Below, piece by piece: positions 17,117 to 27,105 of a stretch of 64,000 nt of DNA. Position 1 is the first letter of the stretch. The number at the start of each line of letters is the position of its first letter. The notes below the pieces were generated by a model, which was given only the letters and a program-made list of their open reading frames with translations, did no database searches and was not told the origin of the DNA. Source of the DNA: a virus (lineage: Duplodnaviria; Caudoviricetes); the IMG/VR virus record IMGVR_UViG_3300028844_004840, positions 32,001 to 96,000 of that record. One strand, 5' to 3'. A program made the position numbers and the translations under genes.

Positions 17117-19777
17117 ATGGGTGTAATTAAAGTTGAGTCTTTTGACGTTTCCCCCACAAACGACGGAGACATGCACACACTGACCAACGACGTGGGAAAC
17201 CTGTCGAGCGCGTTCGTAAAAATAAACGGGGCGTCTGATAAAGGTTCAGGACGTGTTGGGAACACAGGCAACATTGGGCCAAGAGACACCCATATGGGCG
17301 CACGGCTCACTGGTACAGGCGAGGTAACGTTCCATAAAGGCGGAACGCTACAGATGCGTAAAATGGGAGAAGTGTGGCGCTATACGGGGCTTCCGGGTGG
17401 CCCCGACGAATTTATTGTGCGCGGACATCTTGTAGTTACCCTGCCCGCAGGAACCTCTTCTGGCAGCGCACCTGTGCCTTCCCTGATCAATAAAAACGAC
17501 GTGGTGCCATTTCTAACGGGGCTTAGTTCTACGTCAACAAGTGTGTCCGACTTCGACGCTGCCACAGTTGCCACGCACATAGACACTAATGGGGACTTAG
17601 TTGTGAGTCGCCGATCCACTGGTATCGCAATTACGGTATATGTGTCGGTAGTGGAGTTCACTGGAACAAATTGGACCATTGGTCACGCTATCTCGGCTAA
17701 CCACGACACCGCACAAGAGATTGTAGAAATAAATAGTGATAGCACCGGAACGGGTGGGACAGCATTCAGTGTCGGCGATTGGGAACACGCCTTCATAGAG
17801 GGATCTATGCAGGGAGACACCAGTGAAACAGGTCTCTCCGATAATCTAATTGTCATGGAACCTGGAGGGACACCAACACAAATACGCTTCTTCCTACACC
17901 AAGACGCTAATGCGCGCAACGACGGCGTGGCGTACGCACATGTTTTAAGTAATCCAGCTATCTCCGTAGCACGTGAATCTGATACTGATTTCGCGGAGAC
18001 CAATGGTACCGTTGGAACCATGGGTTTTCCATCGGGGGCACCGACGAACACCCCTATAGATGAGTTGTCTTTGGAATGGTTTTCGGATACGAGCGGCGTA
18101 GGAACGGCGCACGCCCGTGGACGCGTAATAGCTAGAATCACAGATTCCTCCGGAACAATCGAGCACTGGGTACATCGAACCGGAAATACTGTATCTGTTT
18201 ACTGGGGTGTGATAGATTTATCCAACGTTATAGGCGTGGCGCGTCCTGTGATCGACTCCACTAATGATGTTGTCTACGACGGCGGCTCCAATATCACGGT
18301 CACTGGAAGCAACTATCAAACTGTACAAGGTTCAGGAAAACTTGAAATATGGGGGGATCTGGAGGGCACGCTGCGCGTAGAGCAGGCCGTGACTACGTGG
18401 ACTGACGTTTCCATATCGTACAATTTTGTTAGAGGGGGGCTACCGGACGGTGTCGGATATTTGGTAGTGACCAATGCAGACAGCGTCGCGAGCGCCCTGT
18501 TCATTATAGATGTAGGGTTTCCGGACTATCTAACCGTTGTAAACCGCGTGAACCCCGATCACATGTGGGTTTTGGACGGGAACTACGATGATACGGGATC
18601 CTTTCCCACCTCTCCGATGACAAGTAGTGTAACAGGAACACAAAATTTTATCAACGATCCGCTGTGTGAGAATGTTGTACAAACGGTACAGTTCACTGGA
18701 ATCAATTCGAAGAGAGAAGCCGCCGACAACACTGAAATGAACTTAGGAGTGCACACTGCACGCACTATGTGGGGGTGGATTAAAGTTTCTGACATACAGG
18801 AACAGCTTTCTCTAATTTATAAAGAAGGCGGCACCATAAACAATATTATGTTTGCACGTGGTTATGGCAACAAAATTATGGCACAACTGGCAGACACTGG
18901 AGATGACAACGTACAAGCGTATTCTGATAGATCAATAATTCCCGAACGAGCGTACTTAATAGCATTTCGATACGACTATAGCGACACAACCCCCGCATTC
19001 GAATTTTGGATTGATGGAATATTGCAATCACGTTCTACCGGAAACCCGCTAACGGCTTCGTCGCTAGATTCCCACTCAGGGGATATCTTGTGGAATGACA
19101 GCGATTCCAGTCTTGAAGTAGGGGGAACCGACGTCACGTTTCGCGGAAACAATGACATTAAATACAATGTATGGGGATCCACAACTGTTAAATTGACAGA
19201 CGAACAGATGCGTTTTGAATTATTTGAGTATGGCGCGTTGCCCGATTTCAGTATAACGTCAGATACGCCAGCAAACATGCAGGCGCAACTGGATTCTATA
19301 GCCAACACGCACCGCGCGGACAGCCCCTTAGCTATTCGCGTGGAGAAACCTGTTGGAACCACGGATATGACGCTAATCGCTAATAATATTACATTTGATC
19401 CACACTGTTCTATAGACGTCCAATGGGCAGGGACCGGAACGCTGTCATGGATAAATCTGAACGGATCGAATACGGAAAAAACCTCTGAAAAATTTGGGGG
19501 AAATATGATCATTGTCAATCCAGCCACGCTAACTCTTACTGGATTGCAAAATCCAACAGAAGTACGTATATATGATACGGGAACCACTACCGAAGTTGCT
19601 GGACAAGAGGATGTAACATCTGGTACATTCTCTACAGACATACTAGTAGAGGCTGTTGACGTGGTGATACATTCTCTAGGATTTCAGTATAAACGTCTAA
19701 CAAATATAAATACTTCTGGAGGAGACGTCAATCTTCCGATACAGCAACGCATCGACCGACAGTATCTTAACGCATAG
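17117..19777 (+). CDS. large virion protein, C-terminal half paralogous to 15863-17116 (LamG-like)
   Basis: LTDEQMRFELFEYGALP vs LTDQQVRRDLFEKGAPP; ends DRQYLNA. Confidence 0.7.
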   Translation: MGVIKVESFDVSPTNDGDMHTLTNDVGNLSSAFVKINGASDKGSGRVGNTGNIGPRDTHMGARLTGTGEVTFHKGGTLQMRKMGEVWRYTGLPGGPDEFIVRGHLVVTLPAGTSSGSAPVPSLINKNDVVPFLTGLSSTSTSVSDFDAATVATHIDTNGDLVVSRRSTGIAITVYVSVVEFTGTNWTIGHAISANHDTAQEIVEINSDSTGTGGTAFSVGDWEHAFIEGSMQGDTSETGLSDNLIVMEPGGTPTQIRFFLHQDANARNDGVAYAHVLSNPAISVARESDTDFAETNGTVGTMGFPSGAPTNTPIDELSLEWFSDTSGVGTAHARGRVIARITDSSGTIEHWVHRTGNTVSVYWGVIDLSNVIGVARPVIDSTNDVVYDGGSNITVTGSNYQTVQGSGKLEIWGDLEGTLRVEQAVTTWTDVSISYNFVRGGLPDGVGYLVVTNADSVASALFIIDVGFPDYLTVVNRVNPDHMWVLDGNYDDTGSFPTSPMTSSVTGTQNFINDPLCENVVQTVQFTGINSKREAADNTEMNLGVHTARTMWGWIKVSDIQEQLSLIYKEGGTINNIMFARGYGNKIMAQLADTGDDNVQAYSDRSIIPERAYLIAFRYDYSDTTPAFEFWIDGILQSRSTGNPLTASSLDSHSGDILWNDSDSSLEVGGTDVTFRGNNDIKYNVWGSTTVKLTDEQMRFELFEYGALPDFSITSDTPANMQAQLDSIANTHRADSPLAIRVEKPVGTTDMTLIANNITFDPHCSIDVQWAGTGTLSWINLNGSNTEKTSEKFGGNMIIVNPATLTLTGLQNPTEVRIYDTGTTTEVAGQEDVTSGTFSTDILVEAVDVVIHSLGFQYKRLTNINTSGGDVNLPIQQRIDRQYLNA

Positions 19778-19788
19778 GAGGTTAGGAC

Positions 19789-20262
19789 ATGACCGACTTC
19801 CTTTTTAATGGGGTCACTAAATTAATAACAGAACCTTCGGGCGCTGGGGATAGTTTATTCACCGTGAAGCGTGACGTGTATTCTGCGTGGAAACGCTGGG
19901 TACAGCGTGGGGATGGTGCTCCTTTTCTGCGTCCATTCGATCTGGAGGGCGGGAGACCTATTGGGACTACTGGGTTATTTACGGGGGTAACATATATTTT
20001 AATAAATGGGTGGAAAATACGCGGCGCGGATCGCGATCACCAATTATTTTTAGACGGAAATATATATGCAGAAGACGGCAAAGTAACTTCGCCTAACCCA
20101 AATTTCAACGTAGAAGTTTTCATAAACTCTTCCACACAAGCACAAGGCATCAGTACTACAGGCACACAAGGTGGGTTCACGGAAAACGACCGAACTGATT
20201 TACAACTGACAAGAGACCACGCACGTGCCGCAAATCAGCAAACTAAAATGGAAAATCCGTAA
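19789..20262 (+). CDS. hypothetical virion protein
   Basis: VYSAWKRW...YILINGWKI resembles the N-terminus of 14428-15813; SD GGAGG. Confidence 0.65.
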   Translation: MTDFLFNGVTKLITEPSGAGDSLFTVKRDVYSAWKRWVQRGDGAPFLRPFDLEGGRPIGTTGLFTGVTYILINGWKIRGADRDHQLFLDGNIYAEDGKVTSPNPNFNVEVFINSSTQAQGISTTGTQGGFTENDRTDLQLTRDHARAANQQTKMENP

Positions 20263-20334
20263 CCGTGGTATATCGACAAAATAGCGTCGTCGTGATATAA
20301 GTATCCCACCAAGCGGTTAGCGGGAGAATATGAA

Positions 20335-20583
20335 ATGTATAAAAAAGTTTACGCGCCAGACGGTTCGATGTTTGAGGTACCTCAGCACGTTTTTGAGGAT
20401 GTCATCCTTAATCTCGGTTGGACGCAAACAAAACCTGACGACAAACCTGTGGATAAACCCTCAGATAGTTATGTAGGTAAACTGCCTGATGAAACGGTAC
20501 GTTCTCCTAAAAAATCTGAAAAATCTGCACGACGTGGCTCCACAAAAGTATCTAAAAGTACTTCAAAGAAAACAACAGATTAA
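20335..20583 (+). CDS. small protein, likely paralog of 12261-12587
   Basis: VYAPDGSMFEV domain with a basic low-complexity tail. Confidence 0.65.
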   Translation: MYKKVYAPDGSMFEVPQHVFEDVILNLGWTQTKPDDKPVDKPSDSYVGKLPDETVRSPKKSEKSARRGSTKVSKSTSKKTTD

Positions 20584-20585
20584 AC

Positions 20586-21029
20586 GTGACGGGAAACAGT
20601 CTTATGGGCCTTTTCACAGGAAGTAAAAATGAAAACTCCGGTGAAGCGGTAGGTGTAGCTCTGATGCTGGGCGAGATTCGCGATTTACGCGGAACAATAG
20701 ATAAACACGACGAACGTCTTCGCGGCGAAATTGGGGGAGTGAAGCAATCTGTTTCTGACCTATCCCAAGCCGTACTTAGATCGCAAGGAGACGTAGGGGC
20801 CATCCGCACAGATATTGACCGTATGTCAGATAATTTTGATTCTATGCAGAAGGATTTGACAGGAGTACAATCCGAAGTCAATGAATTAAAGAACGCCCGT
20901 GACATCGATGATGCCGGATGGGTAGGCCCCAAGAAATTGGCACGCAGCGTAATTCTAGTAGGAAGTTTTCTAGCCGCTGTGGCTATTCTAGTAAAGTTTG
21001 GCCCCGGAATATGGGCAGCTTTTATATAA
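20586..21029 (+). CDS. coiled-coil protein with C-terminal transmembrane helix
   Basis: Heptad pattern then VILVGSFLAAVAILV. Confidence 0.6.
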   Translation: MTGNSLMGLFTGSKNENSGEAVGVALMLGEIRDLRGTIDKHDERLRGEIGGVKQSVSDLSQAVLRSQGDVGAIRTDIDRMSDNFDSMQKDLTGVQSEVNELKNARDIDDAGWVGPKKLARSVILVGSFLAAVAILVKFGPGIWAAFI

Positions 21030-21117
21030 CGATATACACATATGGGGAGTAAAAACACACGTTCGCGTGAACAATGAATGACGCCTAATACCTTTTACCA
21101 CGTCGGAGAAATATCGT

Positions 21118-21930
21118 ATGAACGAGACCAAGCAATCCGAGATGTTCGAAATTAGTGCGAAAGCACAACGCCGCCATGCACGTAAAGCCGAAAAAGAAAT
21201 GAAGCAGGCCAAGCGAAATCCCAAGCCAATTGAAGCGCGTAATACACGCCAGCAGTTTTATATTGATAGCCTACACAACAATGAACTAACATTTGGAGTA
21301 GGGCCAGCGGGTGTAGGAAAAACATACGTACCAGCGCGTATATATGGAGCCATGCTTGCTTCTGGAGAAATAACTAAGTTGTATGTCGCGCGTCCAAACG
21401 TCGCTAAAAAACAACATCAAAATGGATTTCTACCCGGAACGTTAGAAGAAAAAACCGCACCGTGGCTCGTCCCGATATTTGAAGGCATCAAAGACAGTAT
21501 GAGTCCTGCCGAATTTGAGCGCCTAAAACGTGAGAAAAGAATAGAAGAAGTACCGTACGAGTACATCCAAGGACGCACATTTAAGAATGCGGCGTGCATC
21601 ATTGATGAAGCTGAAAATCTGGATCTAGATGATCTGTATATCACATTGACTCGCCAAGGTGAAGGCCTAAGTATGGTTCTATGCGGCGATATCTACCAAT
21701 CGCGCATCCCTAATAGCGGTTTGAAAACTGTTGTAGATATGGCACAGTCCTCTCATATGGAATCTATCGGAATTATTGAATTCCAAGACGAGGACGTGGT
21801 TCGCTCACGCCAAGCGCGTCAGTGGGCAAAGGCATTCCGAGACCACCACTCCTTGAAAAATGCACCGGATTATGATAGTGACCAAGGGGTATTAGACTTG
21901 CCCGATTTCATAACCAAGGATAAAATTTAA
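21118..21930 (+). CDS. phoH: PhoH-family ATPase
   Basis: GPAGVGKT, GFLPGTLEEK, QGRTF, IIDEAEN, GD..QS. Confidence 0.95.
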   Translation: MNETKQSEMFEISAKAQRRHARKAEKEMKQAKRNPKPIEARNTRQQFYIDSLHNNELTFGVGPAGVGKTYVPARIYGAMLASGEITKLYVARPNVAKKQHQNGFLPGTLEEKTAPWLVPIFEGIKDSMSPAEFERLKREKRIEEVPYEYIQGRTFKNAACIIDEAENLDLDDLYITLTRQGEGLSMVLCGDIYQSRIPNSGLKTVVDMAQSSHMESIGIIEFQDEDVVRSRQARQWAKAFRDHHSLKNAPDYDSDQGVLDLPDFITKDKI

Positions 21931-22448
21931 TGGCTTTCGTTTTCACAGTAGAGACAGGCGCAGGGACAGACCCTCTAGCCAACTCTTATGTCTCCGTTGT
22001 GGAAGCGGACGACATCATTACAACAAACATCCATGCAGCGCTTGAATGGGACATGTTGGCGGTAGAACAAAAAGAGAGATTACTGGTATGGGCATCTCGA
22101 TATCTCGATGAGCACACCACGTGGAAAGGCGAGAAAACCATTTCTACAAGTCCACGCCGCTGGCCCCGTTCAGGAGTATGCGACCGCGATAACACCCATA
22201 TTGGACCTAATGAAATCCCTGTCCAATTGAAAGTGGCCACCGCCGAAATGGCTCGATATTTAGTGGCGCAAGATCGTACTGTTGAACGCGATAGTGATGG
22301 ACTCGAACGTGTCAAAGCAGACGTTGTAGAAATCGAGTTCCTTCCGGGCTACCGCCTCCCATCTGTACCATCCAATATGCAGTATCTTGTACAAGGTCTT
22401 GGAGCCATTTTTGGTGGCGGATTTCGCTATGGAAAGGTGACACGTTAG
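21930..22448 (+). CDS. head-tail adaptor (DnaT-like family)
   Basis: F.VETG.G...ANSYVSV.EAD, WPR, IP.QLK.AT.E.A. Confidence 0.8.
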   Translation: MAFVFTVETGAGTDPLANSYVSVVEADDIITTNIHAALEWDMLAVEQKERLLVWASRYLDEHTTWKGEKTISTSPRRWPRSGVCDRDNTHIGPNEIPVQLKVATAEMARYLVAQDRTVERDSDGLERVKADVVEIEFLPGYRLPSVPSNMQYLVQGLGAIFGGGFRYGKVTR

Positions 22449-22852
22449 TGGGCTTTAAATCTCTTCTTGATAATCAGGTGCAAGGTCTAATGAAGACCCT
22501 AGGCCAAGCCGATGGCCTAGCACCGAATCATACGTACAATCAGGTCACCGCTAACGCGTATGACCCTGCAACAATGACTAATGCTGCAACCGAAGTTCCC
22601 TATACTGATGTTCCAATGGTTATGGCAAGATTTAAAATTGAAGAAATAGACGGGGAAAAAGTTGTCGCCACCGATTTAAAGGCAATCATTGCCTCTCTTG
22701 ATTTGGCTGTACAACCTTCTGAGCAAGATATTATTGTCATACAAACTGCAGGTACTGTAGCCGGACCTGTCGGAACCCGCTATCAGGTAGAAAAAGTAAT
22801 GGGAGTTCCGGGCAACAGTGTGCACATTCTTCAAATTAGAAAGACTACGTAA
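22448..22852 (+). CDS. head closure protein
   Basis: YDPAT motif, synteny, ends LQIRK. Confidence 0.7.
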   Translation: MGFKSLLDNQVQGLMKTLGQADGLAPNHTYNQVTANAYDPATMTNAATEVPYTDVPMVMARFKIEEIDGEKVVATDLKAIIASLDLAVQPSEQDIIVIQTAGTVAGPVGTRYQVEKVMGVPGNSVHILQIRKTT

Positions 22853-23337
22853 TGCCGCGCGGGAGTACTGTAATAAACGCTGTTGGCTTCAATAGTAGCC
22901 TTGATCGCACAATCACCCGCTTAGAAAAGAAGTGGATGAAACGTAACCAGACATTGGTTAACACGGCGATGAAGAAGTTGATAGCACGTACACCCGTACA
23001 TACAGGGCAGACCGTACGCAATTACATCGCCTCGAACGGTAACCCCGCCTCCGGCGGTGTTATAGCAGGTGAAGCTCCTGTTGAGCGCACAAACTCAAAG
23101 TCTCTAGGAACTGAGCGCCTGCGTGGAGGGGCGGAAGCACAGGCTTTAGCAACTCTCGCAACCGTGGATTTTTCAGATCCATACGATACATTCTTTATAA
23201 CTAACAGATCCCCCGCCGTAGGCGGGTTGGAGATTGGGGCATTACCCAAAGAGCCGTTCACGCCTAGATCCCCCGCAGGTATGTTTGGAATAACGCTGCA
23301 GGATATATCAGCTATCGCAGACCGAGGAATATTTTAA
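22852..23337 (+). CDS. neck protein (HK97 gp10-like)
   Basis: RTPVHTG motif; ITN....GLE; PAGM. Confidence 0.7.
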   Translation: MPRGSTVINAVGFNSSLDRTITRLEKKWMKRNQTLVNTAMKKLIARTPVHTGQTVRNYIASNGNPASGGVIAGEAPVERTNSKSLGTERLRGGAEAQALATLATVDFSDPYDTFFITNRSPAVGGLEIGALPKEPFTPRSPAGMFGITLQDISAIADRGIF

Positions 23338-23750
23338 TGACACCTGATATGGTATCAGACGCCCAAGTTCTTTTTTCAACACGACTACATGAACTGTATC
23401 CGGATATGCCCGTGTTTTTCTCGAATACAGATGTAACCGACCAGATCGGATATTATGCGGTGTTTCACGTTTTACCGGGGGATACGCTGCCGATAAATCT
23501 AGGCATAACCGCGAAATCTCGTAACGTTGGTTTGATTCAGATTGATGTTATTGGTCCGTTAGACGTGGGCCGTGGAGAAGCTTTTAAACGCGCGTTTTCC
23601 CTTGGTAAGGTATTTCGCCGCCAAGTACGTACCGTAACCACTGAGGGACAGGTTACTTACAAAGATCCGAGCGTTGCAGACGCGGGGGAAGTTCGCGGAA
23701 AGCACATGGAGATGGTGCGAATTCCGTATAGATACGACTTTGTGGGTTGA
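23337..23750 (+). CDS. tail terminator protein
   Basis: RNVGLIQIDV..P...G motif; synteny before the tail tube. Confidence 0.7.
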   Translation: MTPDMVSDAQVLFSTRLHELYPDMPVFFSNTDVTDQIGYYAVFHVLPGDTLPINLGITAKSRNVGLIQIDVIGPLDVGRGEAFKRAFSLGKVFRRQVRTVTTEGQVTYKDPSVADAGEVRGKHMEMVRIPYRYDFVG

Positions 23751-23796
23751 CAGTATCCCCGTTGTCAGCTATTCTGGCCCGTTACTCCGACCAATC

Positions 23797-23825
23797 TTGA
23801 CTTTCATGTAGATATTGGGTAGTCT
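23797..23825 (+). promoter_or_regulatory. sigma70-like promoter for the tail tube gene
   Basis: TTGACT-N17-TAGTCT. Confidence 0.55.
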
Positions 23826-23931
23826 CCCCAGTACGTAGAGAACGCTCAGCGCACTCTATCTGATCAGATTTAGAACGTAGGGGTGGCACGGCTACCCTCC
23901 TATACCCGCCCATTATAAGGAGGCATGCATA

Positions 23932-26034
23932 GTGACCTTTGCTGACGCAAACCGCGCACAAATTCGTACTTTAGAAGAAGTTACTTGGGGGATCACTCCC
24001 ACGGTAGGATCTTCTCGCGAAATGCGCTTAACATCTTCATCTCTGTCCGCGACAAAAGAGACGGCGGTCTCCGACGAACTTCGTGCGGATCGTATGGTTC
24101 CTGATATTGTCGAAGTCGCAGCGCACTCTAGTGGTGAAATTAACTTTGAATGGTCTTCTGGCCCGCAGGACGAATTCCTTGCCGGATTCCTTCTATCCAC
24201 TTGGACGCGCCCGATGAACATGGATTTCTGGAAAGGATCCATTGTAACCGTATCTGCGGCTAATACCTTCACATTAGTAGGCGTCGACGCTACGCCGTAT
24301 ATTGAAGCAGGCCGTGTCATCAAGATTGTTGGGTTAGAAGCCGCTGCAAATAATGGCTACTTCACAGTGGCTACTGTAGCTGTAAACGGATCCAATACTG
24401 ATATAACCGTAGCAGCATCCAATTTGGTTGTAGAAGCAGGCGGGAACGCGGCGCGTCTATATGACGCCAATGACGTCATCATTAACGGTAATGAAACCAT
24501 CTCAGCAACCGCATCTGGTTTTGCGGGAACAGGTGTGTTTGCTTCTGCGATTGCTGCTGGACAGCTACAAGTAGGACAGCAAGTTACAGTAGAAGGCATG
24601 GGATACGGTACAGCGGTCGTGACCTTTACAACTGCTGCTGCGTCCACATTTGCTATGGTACTCAGCGACGGTACAAACGAATTAACCATCACAACTACGA
24701 CTGATTTTGACCCAGGCGTGGATCACATTGCATCTGCCGCAGCGCTTGCGGCATTCATCAACACAAACGCCCGTACAGGTGCCACAGCGCTTAACGTTAA
24801 GGCTTCCGACGACGGTGCAGGGGTTGTTACAGTAACCAACCTTAATACCTTTGTGACTGATCCTGTAACACTGGTTCGCACTGCCTCAACTGGCGGCGGA
24901 CAAGCGTACGTAACAGTGCCTGATGCAAACGTTGTTGTTACATCCTTTTCTGCAGCAACGATCACAGTGGCAGGGGACATTACAACATCTGTTCTAACAC
25001 TCGATAACGGTAATGACACGATCACAGCATTAACAGCAGGCACAAGCTATCCGGTAACGGGAGCAGGCGCAGCGGCGGACGGCGCGGCGCTGGCGGCGGC
25101 AATCAATGCTCTGGAAGGCTGGACGGCTGTTGATGATTCTGCTGGAATTCTGACGGTATATCCAAAGCACGCGAATGCTACAATCAACGTTACTACAGTT
25201 GATGCAACGGTTGTCCTAACAACTCCCGTGGAGTACACAGGCAGCACTGAATCGCGCGGCGTATTCAGAATTACAGGCGTAGCTGACGACTTGTTGAGCG
25301 TCACACCTGCACCGCAAATCACACCTGCTGGGCAAGCTGTTGTTATTAAAGGGTCACACCTACGTAACTCTGGAAATGTAAACGCGATTGCGCAGCGTTC
25401 GTGGAGCATTGAAACGGCTTACACCGACATCGATCAGTACATGGAACAGGATGGCATGGTCGTAGGTACCATGGGCTTAGAGATTGCTTCTGGGTCTATC
25501 CTAACGGGTACACTCGGTTTCGAAGGACGTGCTACGTCATTGCGCCAGTCCACGCTACTTGGATCGCCACTGTATGTGCAGCAAGTCGCCCAATCAGGTG
25601 AAGTGTCCAACGCAACCACAGACGTGGGTAATATCGAAAAAGATGGTGAACTTCTTCCAGCATGTATCCAATCGTTGTCTATTTCTGGGGAAGCCGGACT
25701 GCGTATGCAAAATTGCGTCGGATCTAAGTTCCCACGCGGTATTGGTACAGGACGATTCAACTTGTCTGGATCCGCAACGATCTACTTTGAAAATCAGACA
25801 CTGTTCAACGACTTCATCTCCCATAGCACACTTTCGCTAGGGTGGTCAGTGGCTGACGCTGAAAATATCGCCTATTATTTCCGCATTCCTGCAGCGAAAT
25901 TCTCTGCAGATGAGATTGCACCGGGTGGTATCGACCAAGACGTGTTTGAAAATATCGAGTGGACAGCGTTCCGCGATGCGGCGACGAATACCATGCTTAT
26001 GTTGGATCGATTCTCTAACGACACAGCAGTGTAA
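23932..26034 (+). CDS. major tail tube protein with large internal insertion
   Basis: EVTWG.TP, SDELRADR, GEINFE at the N-terminus; G.F.LSG..TIYF at the C-terminus; Thr/Ala-rich middle. Confidence 0.85.
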   Translation: MTFADANRAQIRTLEEVTWGITPTVGSSREMRLTSSSLSATKETAVSDELRADRMVPDIVEVAAHSSGEINFEWSSGPQDEFLAGFLLSTWTRPMNMDFWKGSIVTVSAANTFTLVGVDATPYIEAGRVIKIVGLEAAANNGYFTVATVAVNGSNTDITVAASNLVVEAGGNAARLYDANDVIINGNETISATASGFAGTGVFASAIAAGQLQVGQQVTVEGMGYGTAVVTFTTAAASTFAMVLSDGTNELTITTTTDFDPGVDHIASAAALAAFINTNARTGATALNVKASDDGAGVVTVTNLNTFVTDPVTLVRTASTGGGQAYVTVPDANVVVTSFSAATITVAGDITTSVLTLDNGNDTITALTAGTSYPVTGAGAAADGAALAAAINALEGWTAVDDSAGILTVYPKHANATINVTTVDATVVLTTPVEYTGSTESRGVFRITGVADDLLSVTPAPQITPAGQAVVIKGSHLRNSGNVNAIAQRSWSIETAYTDIDQYMEQDGMVVGTMGLEIASGSILTGTLGFEGRATSLRQSTLLGSPLYVQQVAQSGEVSNATTDVGNIEKDGELLPACIQSLSISGEAGLRMQNCVGSKFPRGIGTGRFNLSGSATIYFENQTLFNDFISHSTLSLGWSVADAENIAYYFRIPAAKFSADEIAPGGIDQDVFENIEWTAFRDAATNTMLMLDRFSNDTAV

Positions 26035-26044
26035 ACTAATAACA

Positions 26045-26080
26045 AAGAGGGCAGACCCCGAAATCTGCCCTTTTTATTTT
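26045..26080 (+). terminator. rho-independent terminator
   Basis: AGGGCAGA-CCCCGAAA-TCTGCCCT followed by a T tract. Confidence 0.8.
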
Positions 26081-26191
26081 CTATCCCCGACATTCAGTTT
26101 CTGAATAGCCATGGCTCGCGGAGCGTGGAAGGTTGTCGGGGCCGTTATAACCACGCTCCGCACCTAAACACAACCCGACGAGGAAGCAACA

Positions 26192-26653
26192 ATGACTACA
26201 CTAAATAGCACAAATCTTCACGCAATCTTTGCAACAGATCGATCCAAAGAAGAAGACGGATCGTGGGTGGATATCAACCAATTCCAAGGATTGAAGATTA
26301 AAATTCGTCGCCTACGCTCGGACGCGGCGGCAAAAGAATTTGAAACTAAACTGGCTGCACGCTACGGTGAAGGCAAGCTGCGCGAAATGCAGAAAAATTC
26401 TACAGGCGGAGACACCAACGAAGGTGCTGAGATCCTGAAATTACAACTGTCTTGTGTTTTGGTTGATTGGAAAGGGTTGGTAGATACTTCTGCAGAGGCT
26501 GACGAAGACGGCATTCTACCTGAAATTCCGTATTCAGCCGAACTGGCCACAGAACTTTTAGAACTACGTGATTTCCGTGAATTCGTATTCCAAGCGGCGA
26601 ATGAACGAGACGCCTTTCGCGAAACGTCAAACAAAGACGCAGTAAAAAACTAA
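26192..26653 (+). CDS. tail assembly chaperone (G)
   Basis: FATD...EEDG.W, LVDWKG motifs; ends at slippery site A AAA AAC TAA. Confidence 0.85.
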   Translation: MTTLNSTNLHAIFATDRSKEEDGSWVDINQFQGLKIKIRRLRSDAAAKEFETKLAARYGEGKLREMQKNSTGGDTNEGAEILKLQLSCVLVDWKGLVDTSAEADEDGILPEIPYSAELATELLELRDFREFVFQAANERDAFRETSNKDAVKN

Positions 26654-27105
26654 CTAGCTTCCTTCGCTGGACTTTGGATCAATCCCCAACGTCCAGCAAG
26701 GAAGCCAGCAAAGAAAAATTTAAGGCGGCATTGGCGGCGAAGGGTAGTAAGAAGATCACAGCGGTCTCCAAAACCCCGCCCGCACAAAAGGCAGTAAAAG
26801 AAGAAGTTCCTATCCTGTTTCCAGATTTATTCTGGGTATGGGGTGCGTACTGTTTTTTGAACGAGCGCCGCCAAGTGGGACCAAATGGACCACAGCCTAT
26901 TTCGGTTGAAGCGATGCAGGCGTACTCGCAGCTAACCAACCGCATCGAAACCACCTATCGTGAACAACTACTTCTTTTCATTCCAGAACTAGATCGACTG
27001 TTTCTACATGATTTCTACGCGAAACAACAGGAACAACATGAAGAAATGCAGAAGAAGCAAGACCAATCCGCGCGCCGCGCAAAAAACACAGGACGAAGTC
27101 GATAA
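26644..27105 (+). CDS. tail assembly chaperone -1 frameshift extension (GT)
   Basis: The -1 frame from 26644 reads KKLTSFLRWTLDQSP... and is continuous with track ORF 26674-27105. Confidence 0.85.
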   Translation, partial: KKLTSFLRWTLDQSPTSSKEASKEKFKAALAAKGSKKITAVSKTPPAQKAVKEEVPILFPDLFWVWGAYCFLNERRQVGPNGPQPISVEAMQAYSQLTNRIETTYREQLLLFIPELDRLFLHDFYAKQQEQHEEMQKKQDQSARRAKNTGRSR

